From positions 128,001-192,000 of the forward strand of contig JBBIML010000007.1 of the NCBI GenBank assembly GCA_037444405.1: DNA of 64,000 bases, written 5' to 3'. The DNA is from Armatimonadota bacterium (lineage in GTDB: Bacteria > Armatimonadota > Fimbriimonadia > Fimbriimonadales > GBS-DC). The notes below the pieces were generated by a model, which was not told the DNA's origin, made no database searches, and saw only the letters and a list, made by a program, of their open reading frames with translations. Both the position numbers and the translations under genes were made by a program. This document shows positions 21,391 to 31,306 of this stretch, piece by piece (within the stretch, counting starts at the first letter, position 1; each line of letters opens with the position of its first letter).

Positions 21391-22518
21391 ATGCGCATAA
21401 TAATGATTTTATTTGTATGGTTGATACTGCTGGGAGCATGGGCAGATTCCTTGCCAGCGGAACTTGCTCATGCTCTCCAGCAGCGTGAACATTTTTACCA
21501 TAATCATTATATCACCTTTATAGTGGAAACTCAACACGATATTTTTCAACCACACCGCTATCAGAGCCGATCGCAATACATTCTGGAAATATTTCGTGCC
21601 GCAAGGGCTGTCAAAGTGACTCAGCGTCCCCTGCAAGGAATGGACCATCGTACGAAACAGGGCAATACTATCCAGTTTAATCTGGATAAGAATACTGGCA
21701 ATATCACGACGACATCAAGCTGTTATCTTGGCGAAGATGTCAATGCCCTGATGGAACCAGACATGGAATTTACTCAAAGTAACCAATCGTTGGCGCGCGC
21801 GCAGATGGGTGCTGTGATAGGAATGAGCAAGCTGCAGAACCTTTATAGTAACCCGCAGGTGTCAGGTTTCATCTGTCAAGAGGTGTGTAACCAACGAGGT
21901 GTTTTCACTATAGGTTTAGATGTTTCTAAGCTTTATGGTGTTCAGTGGGAGCGGATAGAAGAGCGTGCCCACCGATGGATAATGGTTGGTAGAATCAAAG
22001 CTCGTCATTATGATCCACAAGCAGCAGAGGGAGACCCCGATGTTACCCTTCGTGTGGAGCTGCGCAAGCCCGATGCGCTGATTTTAGAATTGGAGGTTCT
22101 GAGACCTCTGAGGGCGGCTAATAAGTGGCAGCGCAGCCAGTTTCGCACAGTGCAGATTAAAAAGATCGATGGACTAAGTATTCCTGCTGAGATTGAGTAT
22201 CGCGCTGATAGTTCAAGTGGAGGTTATATGATTCGCTCACATTACAGGCTCGTCAGTATTAAGCTACTTAGTGATGCGGTGGCTTTGGATCTACCATTGG
22301 GGACAAGAGTGGAAGATCGGCGGTTAGGAAGTTCAGTCAACTATCTTTGGCAGGGGCGTTTGCCGACGGAAGAAGAGTTGAAACGCCTGGCATTTCAGCA
22401 GGGCTATCTGCTGGCGCCCGAGTCGCCGCGCCGACGCTATTCGCCATGGCTGTTTGCTCCCGCAATGATCTTTTTCGCCGCTGCAGGGTATCTTTACTGG
22501 CGACAGAGACGAAAATGA
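21391..22518 (+). CDS. Secreted, C-terminally membrane-anchored hypothetical protein
   Basis: Signal peptide ending AWA; C-terminal TM helix followed by WRQRRK; A/T-rich coding sequence. Confidence 0.8.
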   Translation: MRIIMILFVWLILLGAWADSLPAELAHALQQREHFYHNHYITFIVETQHDIFQPHRYQSRSQYILEIFRAARAVKVTQRPLQGMDHRTKQGNTIQFNLDKNTGNITTTSSCYLGEDVNALMEPDMEFTQSNQSLARAQMGAVIGMSKLQNLYSNPQVSGFICQEVCNQRGVFTIGLDVSKLYGVQWERIEERAHRWIMVGRIKARHYDPQAAEGDPDVTLRVELRKPDALILELEVLRPLRAANKWQRSQFRTVQIKKIDGLSIPAEIEYRADSSSGGYMIRSHYRLVSIKLLSDAVALDLPLGTRVEDRRLGSSVNYLWQGRLPTEEELKRLAFQQGYLLAPESPRRRYSPWLFAPAMIFFAAAGYLYWRQRRK

Positions 22519-23318
22519 AACGCGCAGGGTTCTCGCTGGTGGAACTGCTGGTGGTGCTGGGCATCATCTCGCTGCTGGCTGCCTTGCTGTATCCCGTTTT
22601 TGCCGCCGTCCGGGAAAGAGGGCGCGCTACTCGCTGCATTACTCAGCTGCGCCAGCTGGCGCAAAGCACCCAGATGTATCTTGCCGATTCGGACGATACC
22701 TATCCGCTGGCAGCCTACTTTAGCACACATAACGGACAGCCCTGCTTCTTCACGCTCTATCATGCGCTGGTGCCCTATGTGAAAGATAAGGAAATCGTGA
22801 AGTGTCCTTCAGATCCAAATCCCCTGGATGTGGAGGGAGTGATGAGCCGTCTGGCGTCGCTGTGTCCGGCGATGGGCTTTCGGCACAGCAGCTATATGGC
22901 GAACTGGTGCTTGATCGAAACAGGTGCGCTGCTGGGTGATTTTCATCCGCCCGTTTCCAGCGCACAGGTGGAGTTTCCTGCGGAAACGGTGCTGTATTAC
23001 GATGGCAGTATCACGGGCTTGCCGAACCTGCGTCCCTTTATACAGGGGCGACATAATGAGCAGGTTGTAGTGACGCTCGCCGATGGGCATAGCAAGGCGT
23101 GGAAGGCACGACAGGGATACGGACGGCACCGACAGGCAGATGGGGTCGAGGTGGCACAATACTGCTTGATTGAGCGATCAGCGTACTATCGAGGTGGAAT
23201 CTATTGTGAGGACATGTTAATCGGGCTTGTGCGGCGGGATAGGCGTGGCGAGGCGTGCTGGCACTGTCCGAATCGTTCACCAGGAGGTGTTGGGTATCTC
23301 TCGGGCAACTGCGAGTAG
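22515..23318 (+). CDS. Prepilin-type N-terminal cleavage/methylation protein (DUF1559 / H-X9-DG-like)
   Basis: MKRAG|FSLVELLVVLGIISLLAALLYPVF...C..QLRQL; RHNEQVVVTLADGH; ATGA overlap with upstream gene. Confidence 0.88.
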   Translation: MKRAGFSLVELLVVLGIISLLAALLYPVFAAVRERGRATRCITQLRQLAQSTQMYLADSDDTYPLAAYFSTHNGQPCFFTLYHALVPYVKDKEIVKCPSDPNPLDVEGVMSRLASLCPAMGFRHSSYMANWCLIETGALLGDFHPPVSSAQVEFPAETVLYYDGSITGLPNLRPFIQGRHNEQVVVTLADGHSKAWKARQGYGRHRQADGVEVAQYCLIERSAYYRGGIYCEDMLIGLVRRDRRGEACWHCPNRSPGGVGYLSGNCE

Positions 23319-24831
23319 GGGTCTAAGGGGATCTACAGAGCTTCTCTGGATAGCGAGCGCCGTTGCGACAGCGCTGGCGTTCGCGCCCGTGAATGCGTGG
23401 TGGCTGCTGGGGATAGCGCCAGCCATCTGGCTAAAGGTTCTCCAGAGGGTGCATGGTTCCCATCGGGTATGGACGGCATTTGGCTGGGGGCTGATTTTCG
23501 CGGCGGTTCAAAGCGGGTGGGCGCTGCCGACTTTTGCACAGCAGGCACAGGCAGAGTGGGCGGCGGGCATAGCGTGGGTGATGGTGTTGATATGGTACGC
23601 CAGCTGGTGTGCGCTGTTCGGCTGGCTGGTGGGATGCCTGCCTCAGGCAGGGATTGGTTGGGCAATCGGCGCGGCGTCCGCGTGGGTGGGTATCGGCTGG
23701 CTACGGAGTTTGGGTATCTGGGGCTTTCCGTGGGCGATGCTGGCTCTGCCGCTGACACGCTACCCGTTGCTGCTGCAACCTGCGGAGCTGGGCGGCATCT
23801 GGCTGGTGGAATGGCTTTTGATGCTCTGGAACGCGCTGATAGCGCAGGCAATCGGACGAGCGAGTATTCGCGCCTGGATTGCTCCCGTCGGGCTGCTTGT
23901 GCTGTGGGTGGGGGTCAGCAACTGGCTCTTGTGGCTGGTGCGCGCCACCATGCAGGGCGCATCCATCCGTGTGGCAGCCATTCAGCCCGAATATGATGCA
24001 CCGCGTGTGCTGTTTTCTGCCCAGCTACACGATTCGAGCATTGATCGGCTGCTTGATCAGGCGCGTCGAGCAGGAGCGCGCTGGGCAATATTGCCCGAGT
24101 CAACTGAAACTTACTTCTGGTCACGCTTGCTGGATCAAGACCGCATACGGCGATGGCAGGAGTGGTCCCGTGCGTATACACTCTATGTGATTGTTGGGGT
24201 CAGTCGCCAGCAAGGGGAGCAAGGTTTCAATAGTGCGCTGGGAGTAGCGCCTGCTGGTTCGTGCGTTTTCTACGACAAAGTAAAGCTGATGCCGTTTACC
24301 GAATATTCGCCTGCTGCGCCAATCGCGGAGTGGCTGAAAGTGCTGGGCGTTGTGCGACGCTCGTTGCAATGCGGCGAGCGGGTGCGCGCCATCAGACTGG
24401 GAGCGGAGCCTCCTGTGGGCACGCTCTTCTGCTATGAGAATCTGTTCGGCTGGATTGCGGCGCAGTTAGTGCGCGATGGGGCGCAGTGGCTGGTGGCGAT
24501 GACCAACGACCGCTGGTTATTGGGAGCGGGCTTGCGGGAACAGTATGCCGACTACTGTATCGTGCGAGCCATAGAAACACGGCGGTGGGTGGTGCGCGCC
24601 TCAACGGTGGGGATCAGCGGCTTTTTCAACCCCCTGGGCAAACGCTGGGAAGCACCGCGTGGGCATCCGTATGTGCTGACGCATTCTATCCGCTGCTCTA
24701 CGGCGCAAACCCTCTATGTAAGGTGGGGCGACTACTGGGGCTATGGCAGCTGCCTGATATATGGTGTGATAGTACTGTGGGGTCTGGCATCGTTGCGACA
24801 GACATCGCGTGTGGCGGTGCAGAGAAGTTGA
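23227..24831 (+). CDS. lnt: Apolipoprotein N-acyltransferase
   Basis: TM N-terminus with GFPW; nitrilase triad ILPES / YDKVKLMPFTEY / FCYE; TND, RAIETRR; start uncertain. Confidence 0.85.
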   Translation: MCGGIGVARRAGTVRIVHQEVLGISRATASRGLRGSTELLWIASAVATALAFAPVNAWWLLGIAPAIWLKVLQRVHGSHRVWTAFGWGLIFAAVQSGWALPTFAQQAQAEWAAGIAWVMVLIWYASWCALFGWLVGCLPQAGIGWAIGAASAWVGIGWLRSLGIWGFPWAMLALPLTRYPLLLQPAELGGIWLVEWLLMLWNALIAQAIGRASIRAWIAPVGLLVLWVGVSNWLLWLVRATMQGASIRVAAIQPEYDAPRVLFSAQLHDSSIDRLLDQARRAGARWAILPESTETYFWSRLLDQDRIRRWQEWSRAYTLYVIVGVSRQQGEQGFNSALGVAPAGSCVFYDKVKLMPFTEYSPAAPIAEWLKVLGVVRRSLQCGERVRAIRLGAEPPVGTLFCYENLFGWIAAQLVRDGAQWLVAMTNDRWLLGAGLREQYADYCIVRAIETRRWVVRASTVGISGFFNPLGKRWEAPRGHPYVLTHSIRCSTAQTLYVRWGDYWGYGSCLIYGVIVLWGLASLRQTSRVAVQRS

Positions 24832-24887
24832 TGGTTTTGGTGCGAGCGTGTCCTGTGCTAACACTCTGTGTGGACGACACGAGCGCT

Positions 24888-26129
24888 CTAAAAGTAGTCT
24901 ATTGGGCGCAGGCAGGGCGCGCGGGTGGGGAAGAGGGCGTCCAGCGTGGTCAGCAGGTCGGAAGGGGCTTCAAGCAGCTCGCGGGCGGCGAGTTCGCTCG
25001 CGCTGAAGGTGCCCATCGTGAGCAGCGCGAGCGCACGCGGCTCAACACGCACCAGCGGCAACCGCTCCCGCGCACCGCGCTCCACGCGCCAGCCGCTCCC
25101 TGCACACGCCCGCAGCGTGTAGACACCGCTGTTCGCTTCAATCTGCGGGTCGTTCAGCGCAAGGCAGAAGGCGTCGCCGCTATCCGAGGGGCGCGCCGCG
25201 AGCAGGCTCTGCAGCAGGTTTTCGACATGCACCACGCGCCACATGAAGCCTGGCATCACCTCCCAGCGCAGGAACGGCTCGTCGGGATTGCGGTGCGCCG
25301 ATGTCCAGCCGGTGAGCGGGAGGCGCTGCAGTTCGTCGGGCGTGCCGCTGAACTCCACCTGACGCACATGCTCCTCGTTGGCGGCGAGCCAGCCAATCAG
25401 GGCGCGACATGCCCGCTCCGTACCCCACACCAGCTCGCGGATGCGCAGTACCCAGCCTGAGTCTACGAAGTCATAAATCAGGTAGCCCTCCACCCGCGAT
25501 TCGGGCGCGTACACCAGCTTGTGGCGGAAGTTCCACAGCAGGTAGTCCCAGCGCAGATCGTCCCGATGCAGGCGCCCGGTGGTGGGTATCACCTGCTGAT
25601 TGTAAAGCTGGCGCATCGCGGGGTAATCGCTTTCGGTCGCGCAGCGGACACCATCGGGCGCGAAGGGGGGCAGCAGGCGTGGCGGGATGCGCACGCGCGT
25701 CAGCATCCCGACCACCTCCCAGCCCAGCGGACGATAGAACTCGAAATCGAACGCCTGCAGCGCGGCGCCCGCAACCCCCTGCTGGTTCAGCGCGTTCAGC
25801 ACAGCGGTCAGCAATCGCCGTGCATAGCCCCGCCGCCGATAGTGCGGATGCGTCACCACACCTGCAATCCCCATGCAGGGAACCCGATTCTCACCAATCC
25901 ACATCTGCAGCGGGATAGCGGTCAGTATCGACACCAGCACGCGCGTGGAACCCTCACCCACCCACAAGCCCCACCGCTGATTGTGAGGATAGTACGGGTC
26001 GTTGTAAAAATAGGGGCGCGCGGTCGCCAAATCGAAGCCGAAGCCCTGACAGATCAGGCGCAGGAACGCCTCCTCCTCCGACGGCTCGACCAGATCGATC
26101 TGTACGGGTGGTCGCCACAGTTTGAGCAA
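24888..26129 (-). CDS. Eis-like GNAT acetyltransferase with SCP2-like C-terminus
   Basis: GIAGVVTHPHYRRRGYA; FYRPLGWE; C-terminal DYF. Confidence 0.85.
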   Translation of the reverse strand: MLKLWRPPVQIDLVEPSEEEAFLRLICQGFGFDLATARPYFYNDPYYPHNQRWGLWVGEGSTRVLVSILTAIPLQMWIGENRVPCMGIAGVVTHPHYRRRGYARRLLTAVLNALNQQGVAGAALQAFDFEFYRPLGWEVVGMLTRVRIPPRLLPPFAPDGVRCATESDYPAMRQLYNQQVIPTTGRLHRDDLRWDYLLWNFRHKLVYAPESRVEGYLIYDFVDSGWVLRIRELVWGTERACRALIGWLAANEEHVRQVEFSGTPDELQRLPLTGWTSAHRNPDEPFLRWEVMPGFMWRVVHVENLLQSLLAARPSDSGDAFCLALNDPQIEANSGVYTLRACAGSGWRVERGARERLPLVRVEPRALALLTMGTFSASELAARELLEAPSDLLTTLDALFPTRAPCLRPIDYF

Positions 26130-26135
26130 TGGGCA

Positions 26136-26954
26136 TCAGCCTCCCTGCACAACGGCGTGCAACGCGAGCAGGGTTCGCAGCAGCGGCTCCACCTGATCCA
26201 GCGGATATTGCGTGGCAGGGTCGGAGAGCGCGCTTTCGGGGTTGGGGTGGACCTCCATAAAGAGCGCGTCGATGCCGACCGCGACGGCTGCCCGCGCCAG
26301 CGGCGCAATCGCCTCCCGATCCCCGCCTGACTGCTGACCTGCGCCGCCCGGACGCTGAACGCTGTGGGTGGCATCGAACACCACCGGCACATCGAACCAT
26401 CGCAACACGGGCAGACCCGCCATGTCCACAATCAGCGTGTTGTAGCCGAAGCTGGTGCCGCGCTCCGTGAGCAGGATGCCCGCCGCGCCGAACGCCCGCA
26501 ACTTCGCCACGATATTGCCCGCGTCCCACGGCGCCAGAAACTGACCCTTTTTGACATTCACGGGCTTGCCCGTTTGCGCCGCCGCGTGCAGTAAATCGGT
26601 CTGCCGGCACAGAAACGCGGGGATTTGCAGCAGATCCACTGCCTGCGCGACGGGTTCCGCCTGCCAGCTTTCGTGAATATCGGTCGTGACGGGGACGCCG
26701 AACTCCTGCCGAATGCGCGATAACACTTCCAGCCCGCGCTCCAGCCCGCAGCCGCGAAACGACTGGTGCGAGGTGCGGTTCGCCTTATCGAACGAGGCTT
26801 TGAAGATGTAGGGCATGCCGAGCCGTGCGCAGGTTTCAGCGAGCGTGCCCGCCACTTGCTGGCACAGCTCCAGGCTCTCAATCACGCAGGGACCTGCGAT
26901 GAGCGCGAGCCTGCCATCCCCGATTCGCACCGAGCCGACCTGAACCGTCGCCAT
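26136..26954 (-). CDS. kdsA: KDO-8-phosphate synthase
   Basis: [42 protein letters not shown]. Confidence 0.96.
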   Translation of the reverse strand: MATVQVGSVRIGDGRLALIAGPCVIESLELCQQVAGTLAETCARLGMPYIFKASFDKANRTSHQSFRGCGLERGLEVLSRIRQEFGVPVTTDIHESWQAEPVAQAVDLLQIPAFLCRQTDLLHAAAQTGKPVNVKKGQFLAPWDAGNIVAKLRAFGAAGILLTERGTSFGYNTLIVDMAGLPVLRWFDVPVVFDATHSVQRPGGAGQQSGGDREAIAPLARAAVAVGIDALFMEVHPNPESALSDPATQYPLDQVEPLLRTLLALHAVVQGG

Positions 26955-26973
26955 AGTTCGAGTGTACCCCCCC

Positions 26974-27216
26974 CTACTTCGGGCGCAAGCCCCTCTCTTT
27001 CAGCAGGGCATCGAGCCATTCCATATCGTCGGGGGGCAGCTCAACAGGCGGATTGGCAGTGTAATCCAGTAGGAGCGGATAGCGTCCTTCCTGATAGACC
27101 CGATTCAGAATCGCCTGCAGGTCCACCACCACTTCGGGGTCGCCCCCGGCTAAAGGAATGGTGATTCGGGGTAACCGCTCGCGCAGGTTGATACACTGGT
27201 TCTCCATCGCTTTCAC
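26974..27216 (-). pseudogene. C-terminal fragment of a DUF4058-like protein
   Basis: LRERLPRITIPL...DLQAILNRVY..GRY...LDY...PP; only 80 aa. Confidence 0.6.
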
Positions 27217-28214
27217 TGCTCCCGATTATAGGTGACGGGCACAGGTTCGCCCCGTCGAACCGATTCGTAGCCCGCAATGGCAACCGCGGCGGCGCGATAG
27301 CCATCGTCGCCCGTTGCCAGCGTCGGCGCGGACTCGCCCGCAACCGCCCGCAAAAATTCGTCGATCATCAGCGCGTCGATGTTGTCGCCCCAGAACACCT
27401 GCCGGATGCGCCCTGCGCGGTCGTCATAGTGGCGCAGGTACTGGGCGAACATGTCCATCTCGATCACGCCGCGCGTGCCGTACACAGCGAGCGTTACATC
27501 GCCCCAGGTGGGGAAGGTGCGCGGGCGCGACCAGCTCGAATCGAGCGTGGCGAAGATGCCCCGCTCAAAGGTGAGCGTCAGCATCGCCGTGTCATCGAAG
27601 TTGCCGTGATACATCAAGTTGTTCGTCTCGGCGTACACTTCAGTGATTTCCTGCCCTATGAGCAGGCGCATGAGGTCGGCGACATGCACGGTGTGATCCA
27701 TCATTGCGCCGCCGCCCGCCAGCTCAGGGTCGTTGAACCAGCCGCCGGGGTTCACGCCCCGATTAGTGCCGCGCAGAGCCAGCAGGTCGCCAATCTCGCC
27801 CGCCTGCACCATCGCCCGCAACTGCTGGAACGCAGGGCTGAATCGGCAGGGGAAAGCGGTGAAGAGCTGCACGCCTGTCGCGCGCGCCGCCGCCAGCATC
27901 GCCTGACCATCCTCCAGGCGCGTCATTAATGGCTTCTCGCATAAGATATGCTTGCCCGCCGCGGCTGCCATCTGTGCGAGCGGCGCATGCTTCACATTCT
28001 CCGAGCAGATAATCACTGCCTGCACATCGGACGCCAGCAGCGATTCGTAGCTATCGAACGCCTGCACGCCATACTGCCCGGCTTTCTGCCGGGCGCGCTG
28101 CGGGTCGTGATCGGCAATCCCGACAAACTCCGCGCGCGGATTGCTCACCAGGCAGTGCGCATAACTATCGGCGTGCAGATGTGCAAAACTCATTATGCCC
28201 ACTTTCACCTTCAT
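27213..28214 (-). CDS. Gfo/Idh/MocA oxidoreductase
   Basis: HILCEKP, GGGAMMDHTVH. Confidence 0.9.
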   Translation of the reverse strand: MKVKVGIMSFAHLHADSYAHCLVSNPRAEFVGIADHDPQRARQKAGQYGVQAFDSYESLLASDVQAVIICSENVKHAPLAQMAAAAGKHILCEKPLMTRLEDGQAMLAAARATGVQLFTAFPCRFSPAFQQLRAMVQAGEIGDLLALRGTNRGVNPGGWFNDPELAGGGAMMDHTVHVADLMRLLIGQEITEVYAETNNLMYHGNFDDTAMLTLTFERGIFATLDSSWSRPRTFPTWGDVTLAVYGTRGVIEMDMFAQYLRHYDDRAGRIRQVFWGDNIDALMIDEFLRAVAGESAPTLATGDDGYRAAAVAIAGYESVRRGEPVPVTYNREQ

Positions 28215-28235
28215 CGTGTGTCCCTCCCTGAACGC

Positions 28236-29216
28236 TCAGAGTCGCACCACTTTGCCCGTGCGTGCCGATTCGATGGCGGCGAGCGTGAGCCGAACTGCCT
28301 CGAAGCCGTCCTCGACGCTGATCTCGGGCGGATTGCCCGTGCGGTAGCAATCGATGAAGTGGCGCAGCTCCAGATAGTAGGGGTTCTGCACGGCGGGGCT
28401 TTCGGGCACCTCCACGCCGCCCGCCTGACCACCCTCGACGCGGCGTGCCACCCGCAGGGCGACCATCTGCGCCGAGTCGTACTCGACCATGCCCGCATCG
28501 CCGCAGATTTCGAAGCTCACCCGAAAGCCGCTCGGATCGCACCATGTGCCTTCGATATGCGCGATCGCGCCGCTGCGCAGGCGCATCGTCACCAGCGTGT
28601 AGTCCAGATGGGGCAGATTGCGGAAGGTGAGCGATCGGGCATAGACGCGCTCCACCTCGCCCAGCGTCCAGCGCACCCAGTCGAGGTCGTGGATAATCAA
28701 ATCCATAATGATGCCGCCGCTCTTGTCGAAGTCGGCGTACCAGTCGCTTTTGGTGAGCGGGAAGTCGCCTCCGCGTCGCATGCGCACGGCGGCGATTGTG
28801 CCCAGCGCGCCCGCTTTCACCATCTGGTGCGCGGTGCGGTATTCAGGGAAGAATCGCAACACATGGGCGGGCATAAAGAGCGTGTTGTGCTGGCGCACGG
28901 CTTCCACGATGCGCTCGCACTCCTGCAGGGTGCGGGCGAGCGGCTTCTCGCACACCACCGCCTTGCCCGCCTCAATCGCCGCCAGGGCATGCTCAGCGTG
29001 CCGGTAGGTGGGCGTGCAGATGTCCACGATCTCACAGCCCTGCAAAAACTCGTCTATGTTGCGAGCCATCGTTGCGCCGAACTCCTGGGCGAACGCCTCC
29101 GCGCGTTCGAGGTGATGGTCATACACCACGCTGATCTGCACATCGTCCATCTGCTGATAGGCTTCCGCGTGCTGGCGCCCCATCGTGCCCAGCCCGATAA
29201 TGCCGACCCTGACCAT
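28236..29216 (-). CDS. Gfo/Idh/MocA oxidoreductase
   Basis: GIIGLGTMG, VVCEKP, GGIIMDLIIHD. Confidence 0.9.
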   Translation of the reverse strand: MVRVGIIGLGTMGRQHAEAYQQMDDVQISVVYDHHLERAEAFAQEFGATMARNIDEFLQGCEIVDICTPTYRHAEHALAAIEAGKAVVCEKPLARTLQECERIVEAVRQHNTLFMPAHVLRFFPEYRTAHQMVKAGALGTIAAVRMRRGGDFPLTKSDWYADFDKSGGIIMDLIIHDLDWVRWTLGEVERVYARSLTFRNLPHLDYTLVTMRLRSGAIAHIEGTWCDPSGFRVSFEICGDAGMVEYDSAQMVALRVARRVEGGQAGGVEVPESPAVQNPYYLELRHFIDCYRTGNPPEISVEDGFEAVRLTLAAIESARTGKVVRL

Positions 29217-29323
29217 AGCCAGATTGTACCCAGCCAGCGCCGTCTCTGGTCTCCGATTCGGTAATTCGGCTGGTAAAGGCGATGGTCGACTGTGGAATAG
29301 AGAACCGTAGGGAGGGACAAACG

Positions 29324-30058
29324 ATGACAAGCAAGCTGATAGCCTTCTGGCTGGTTAGCGCTGCACTTTTGCAAGGCGCTTTTTCTGCTGGCACAGCGAC
29401 GGGCGTCGTTGGGGATGGACAGGGTGGCTCGACGGAACCTGTTGCTGTGGGCACGCCCATCGACTTCCAGTTCAGCGTCGTTAACGGCGCATCCACTGTT
29501 CAGTTTGAGGTGTACGATTCGCATGGTAACCGCGTCTATTACACCAGTCCGATGCCTGTGTCCGCCGATGGCAGCGTTTCATGGTCGTGGTCACCGCCCT
29601 TTGCTGATACCTTTACCGTGTGGGCGGTCAGCGACGGCTCGGACCGCCAGCAGGTGATGATTGTCACGGCATATCAGCCTGACGCCTCGGGCTTCATCAC
29701 AGGGGGCGGCTGGCTGGAGTTAGGAGGCGAGCGACAAACCTTCGGCTTCGTGGCGCAGGTTCAGCGCAACGGCAGTCTGCGTGGCAGCCTCGAATATCAG
29801 GACCACGGCTGGCAACTCAACCTGAAGTCGTTCGTCATCGACTGGGTCTATGTGCCTAACCCCAGCGAGGGCTACTTCAGTGGGCGGGCGACTCTGAACG
29901 GCAGTGGCGACTATCGCTTCTGGGTCGCCCTCTGGGATGGGGGCACGCCCGGCACCAGCGACATGTTCATGCTCTGGGTCTATGACGACGCGAACAACCT
30001 CGTCTATAGCGCGTGGGGCACACTGGCAGGCGGCAACCTGATGGTGCATACTCGCTGA
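29324..30058 (+). CDS. Secreted beta-rich hypothetical protein
   Basis: GGAGG RBS; signal peptide; C-terminal GFITGGGW...GGNL domain. Confidence 0.7.
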   Translation: MTSKLIAFWLVSAALLQGAFSAGTATGVVGDGQGGSTEPVAVGTPIDFQFSVVNGASTVQFEVYDSHGNRVYYTSPMPVSADGSVSWSWSPPFADTFTVWAVSDGSDRQQVMIVTAYQPDASGFITGGGWLELGGERQTFGFVAQVQRNGSLRGSLEYQDHGWQLNLKSFVIDWVYVPNPSEGYFSGRATLNGSGDYRFWVALWDGGTPGTSDMFMLWVYDDANNLVYSAWGTLAGGNLMVHTR

Positions 30059-30123
30059 TAGAAAGAGACCCTCCCCCTTCTGATGGAAGGGGGAGGGTGG
30101 GGAGTGGGGGTAGGGGAAAAGCC

Positions 30124-31059
30124 TCAGGCGCGGCGACGGCGCAGGGCGAGCAGCCCCATCAGACCCGTGCCCAGCGCGATCAGCGAGGCTGGCTCCGGCA
30201 CCACCACATAGAAGAACTGGTCGCCAGCGATGTTGCCGAAGTTCACATTGCGCGGCTCACCCAGATTACCGCCGCCGCCAATGCCCGCCAGCACCTGATT
30301 GGACACAAAGTCGTGCCCCGCGCCGTTAATAAAGGCGCTAACCTTGATGGTAGTGGCACCCGTGATGCCAATCGCGCCGAAGGGAATTGCCAGCTCCACG
30401 CCGGTGGTCACCAGCGAGCCGTCCCCTGACGCCAGCCCCGAACCGCCTTCAACACCCCCTGTGTTGCTGTTGTTGATGGTGACGCGAATGCCGTAGGGAT
30501 TGGTGCCGCCGCTGAGCGTTCCATCCGAAGCCGCACCTGTTGTGCCCAGATAATAGCCAGGACCGCCGCCACCAGTCAGCAGTTGCGCCCAGTTAGCATA
30601 GAGCGCGTAGGGTGAACCGCCGCCGGTGACGCCAATCCAGTAGTCCGCTTCGAATCCCGAGTCGAAGGTCAGCCCGTTGCCGCTGCCATCATCGCCCATG
30701 CGGTTCAGACCGTTGAAGTCCACACCCGAGTTGTCCCCGCGCAGGCGATTCTGCCCACCCGCAACCGTGTCGAAGAAGATTTCCAGCTTGTTGAAGTTCG
30801 ATTCCAGGTTGCCCGCGAGGAACAGGTACAGCACCTGCCCGGTCATGTCCACATAGGCGTAGGCGGCGTCCAGCTCGGAGCCGTTCGCGTAGTCCACCTG
30901 TCCGAGATTGCTATCGCCAAAGCCCGTCTGCGTGTCCTGCACCACAATCGCGCTGCCGTACAGCGCGTCGCGAGTGCCATCAATGGTCGGTTGCGCAAAG
31001 CCAGCAACGCTCAGCGTTGCCAGCCCGATTACCGCGCTCCATTTCACCAGCCGCATCAT
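30124..31059 (-). CDS. PEP-CTERM sorting-domain surface protein
   Basis: AGGAGG RBS; signal peptide; C-terminal VPEPASLIALGTGLMGLLALRRRRA. Confidence 0.92.
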   Translation of the reverse strand: MMRLVKWSAVIGLATLSVAGFAQPTIDGTRDALYGSAIVVQDTQTGFGDSNLGQVDYANGSELDAAYAYVDMTGQVLYLFLAGNLESNFNKLEIFFDTVAGGQNRLRGDNSGVDFNGLNRMGDDGSGNGLTFDSGFEADYWIGVTGGGSPYALYANWAQLLTGGGGPGYYLGTTGAASDGTLSGGTNPYGIRVTINNSNTGGVEGGSGLASGDGSLVTTGVELAIPFGAIGITGATTIKVSAFINGAGHDFVSNQVLAGIGGGGNLGEPRNVNFGNIAGDQFFYVVVPEPASLIALGTGLMGLLALRRRRA

Positions 31060-31120
31060 CTTTTCATCCTCCTGTTGCCTTGCATAATCGGTGGGGGAGC
31101 GAGACCACTCGTCCCCAGCG

Positions 31121-31142
31121 GGCGAGAATTCGTATTCTCGCC
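31121..31142. promoter_or_regulatory. Palindromic operator (copy 1)
   Basis: GGCGAGAAT-TCGT-ATTCTCGCC; identical 16-bp core at 63813-63828. Confidence 0.7.
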
Positions 31143-31214
31143 AGATCCCCCACAGGCGTGGGGGATAAACAGGGCGAAAGAGAGACATTCAGCAGCGCAG
31201 CGATCCTCACCTCT

Positions 31215-31243
31215 ATTATAGCACATCTCGACGCGAAATGCAA
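31215..31243 (-). promoter_or_regulatory. sigma70 promoter of the PEP-CTERM gene
   Basis: TTGCAT-N17-TATAAT with extended TG. Confidence 0.75.
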
Positions 31244-31306
31244 GGGGTTGGCAAAATCAGGTATTTTTGCGGGGTGCTGTAGCACGGGCATCCTGCCCGA
31301 ATCTGG

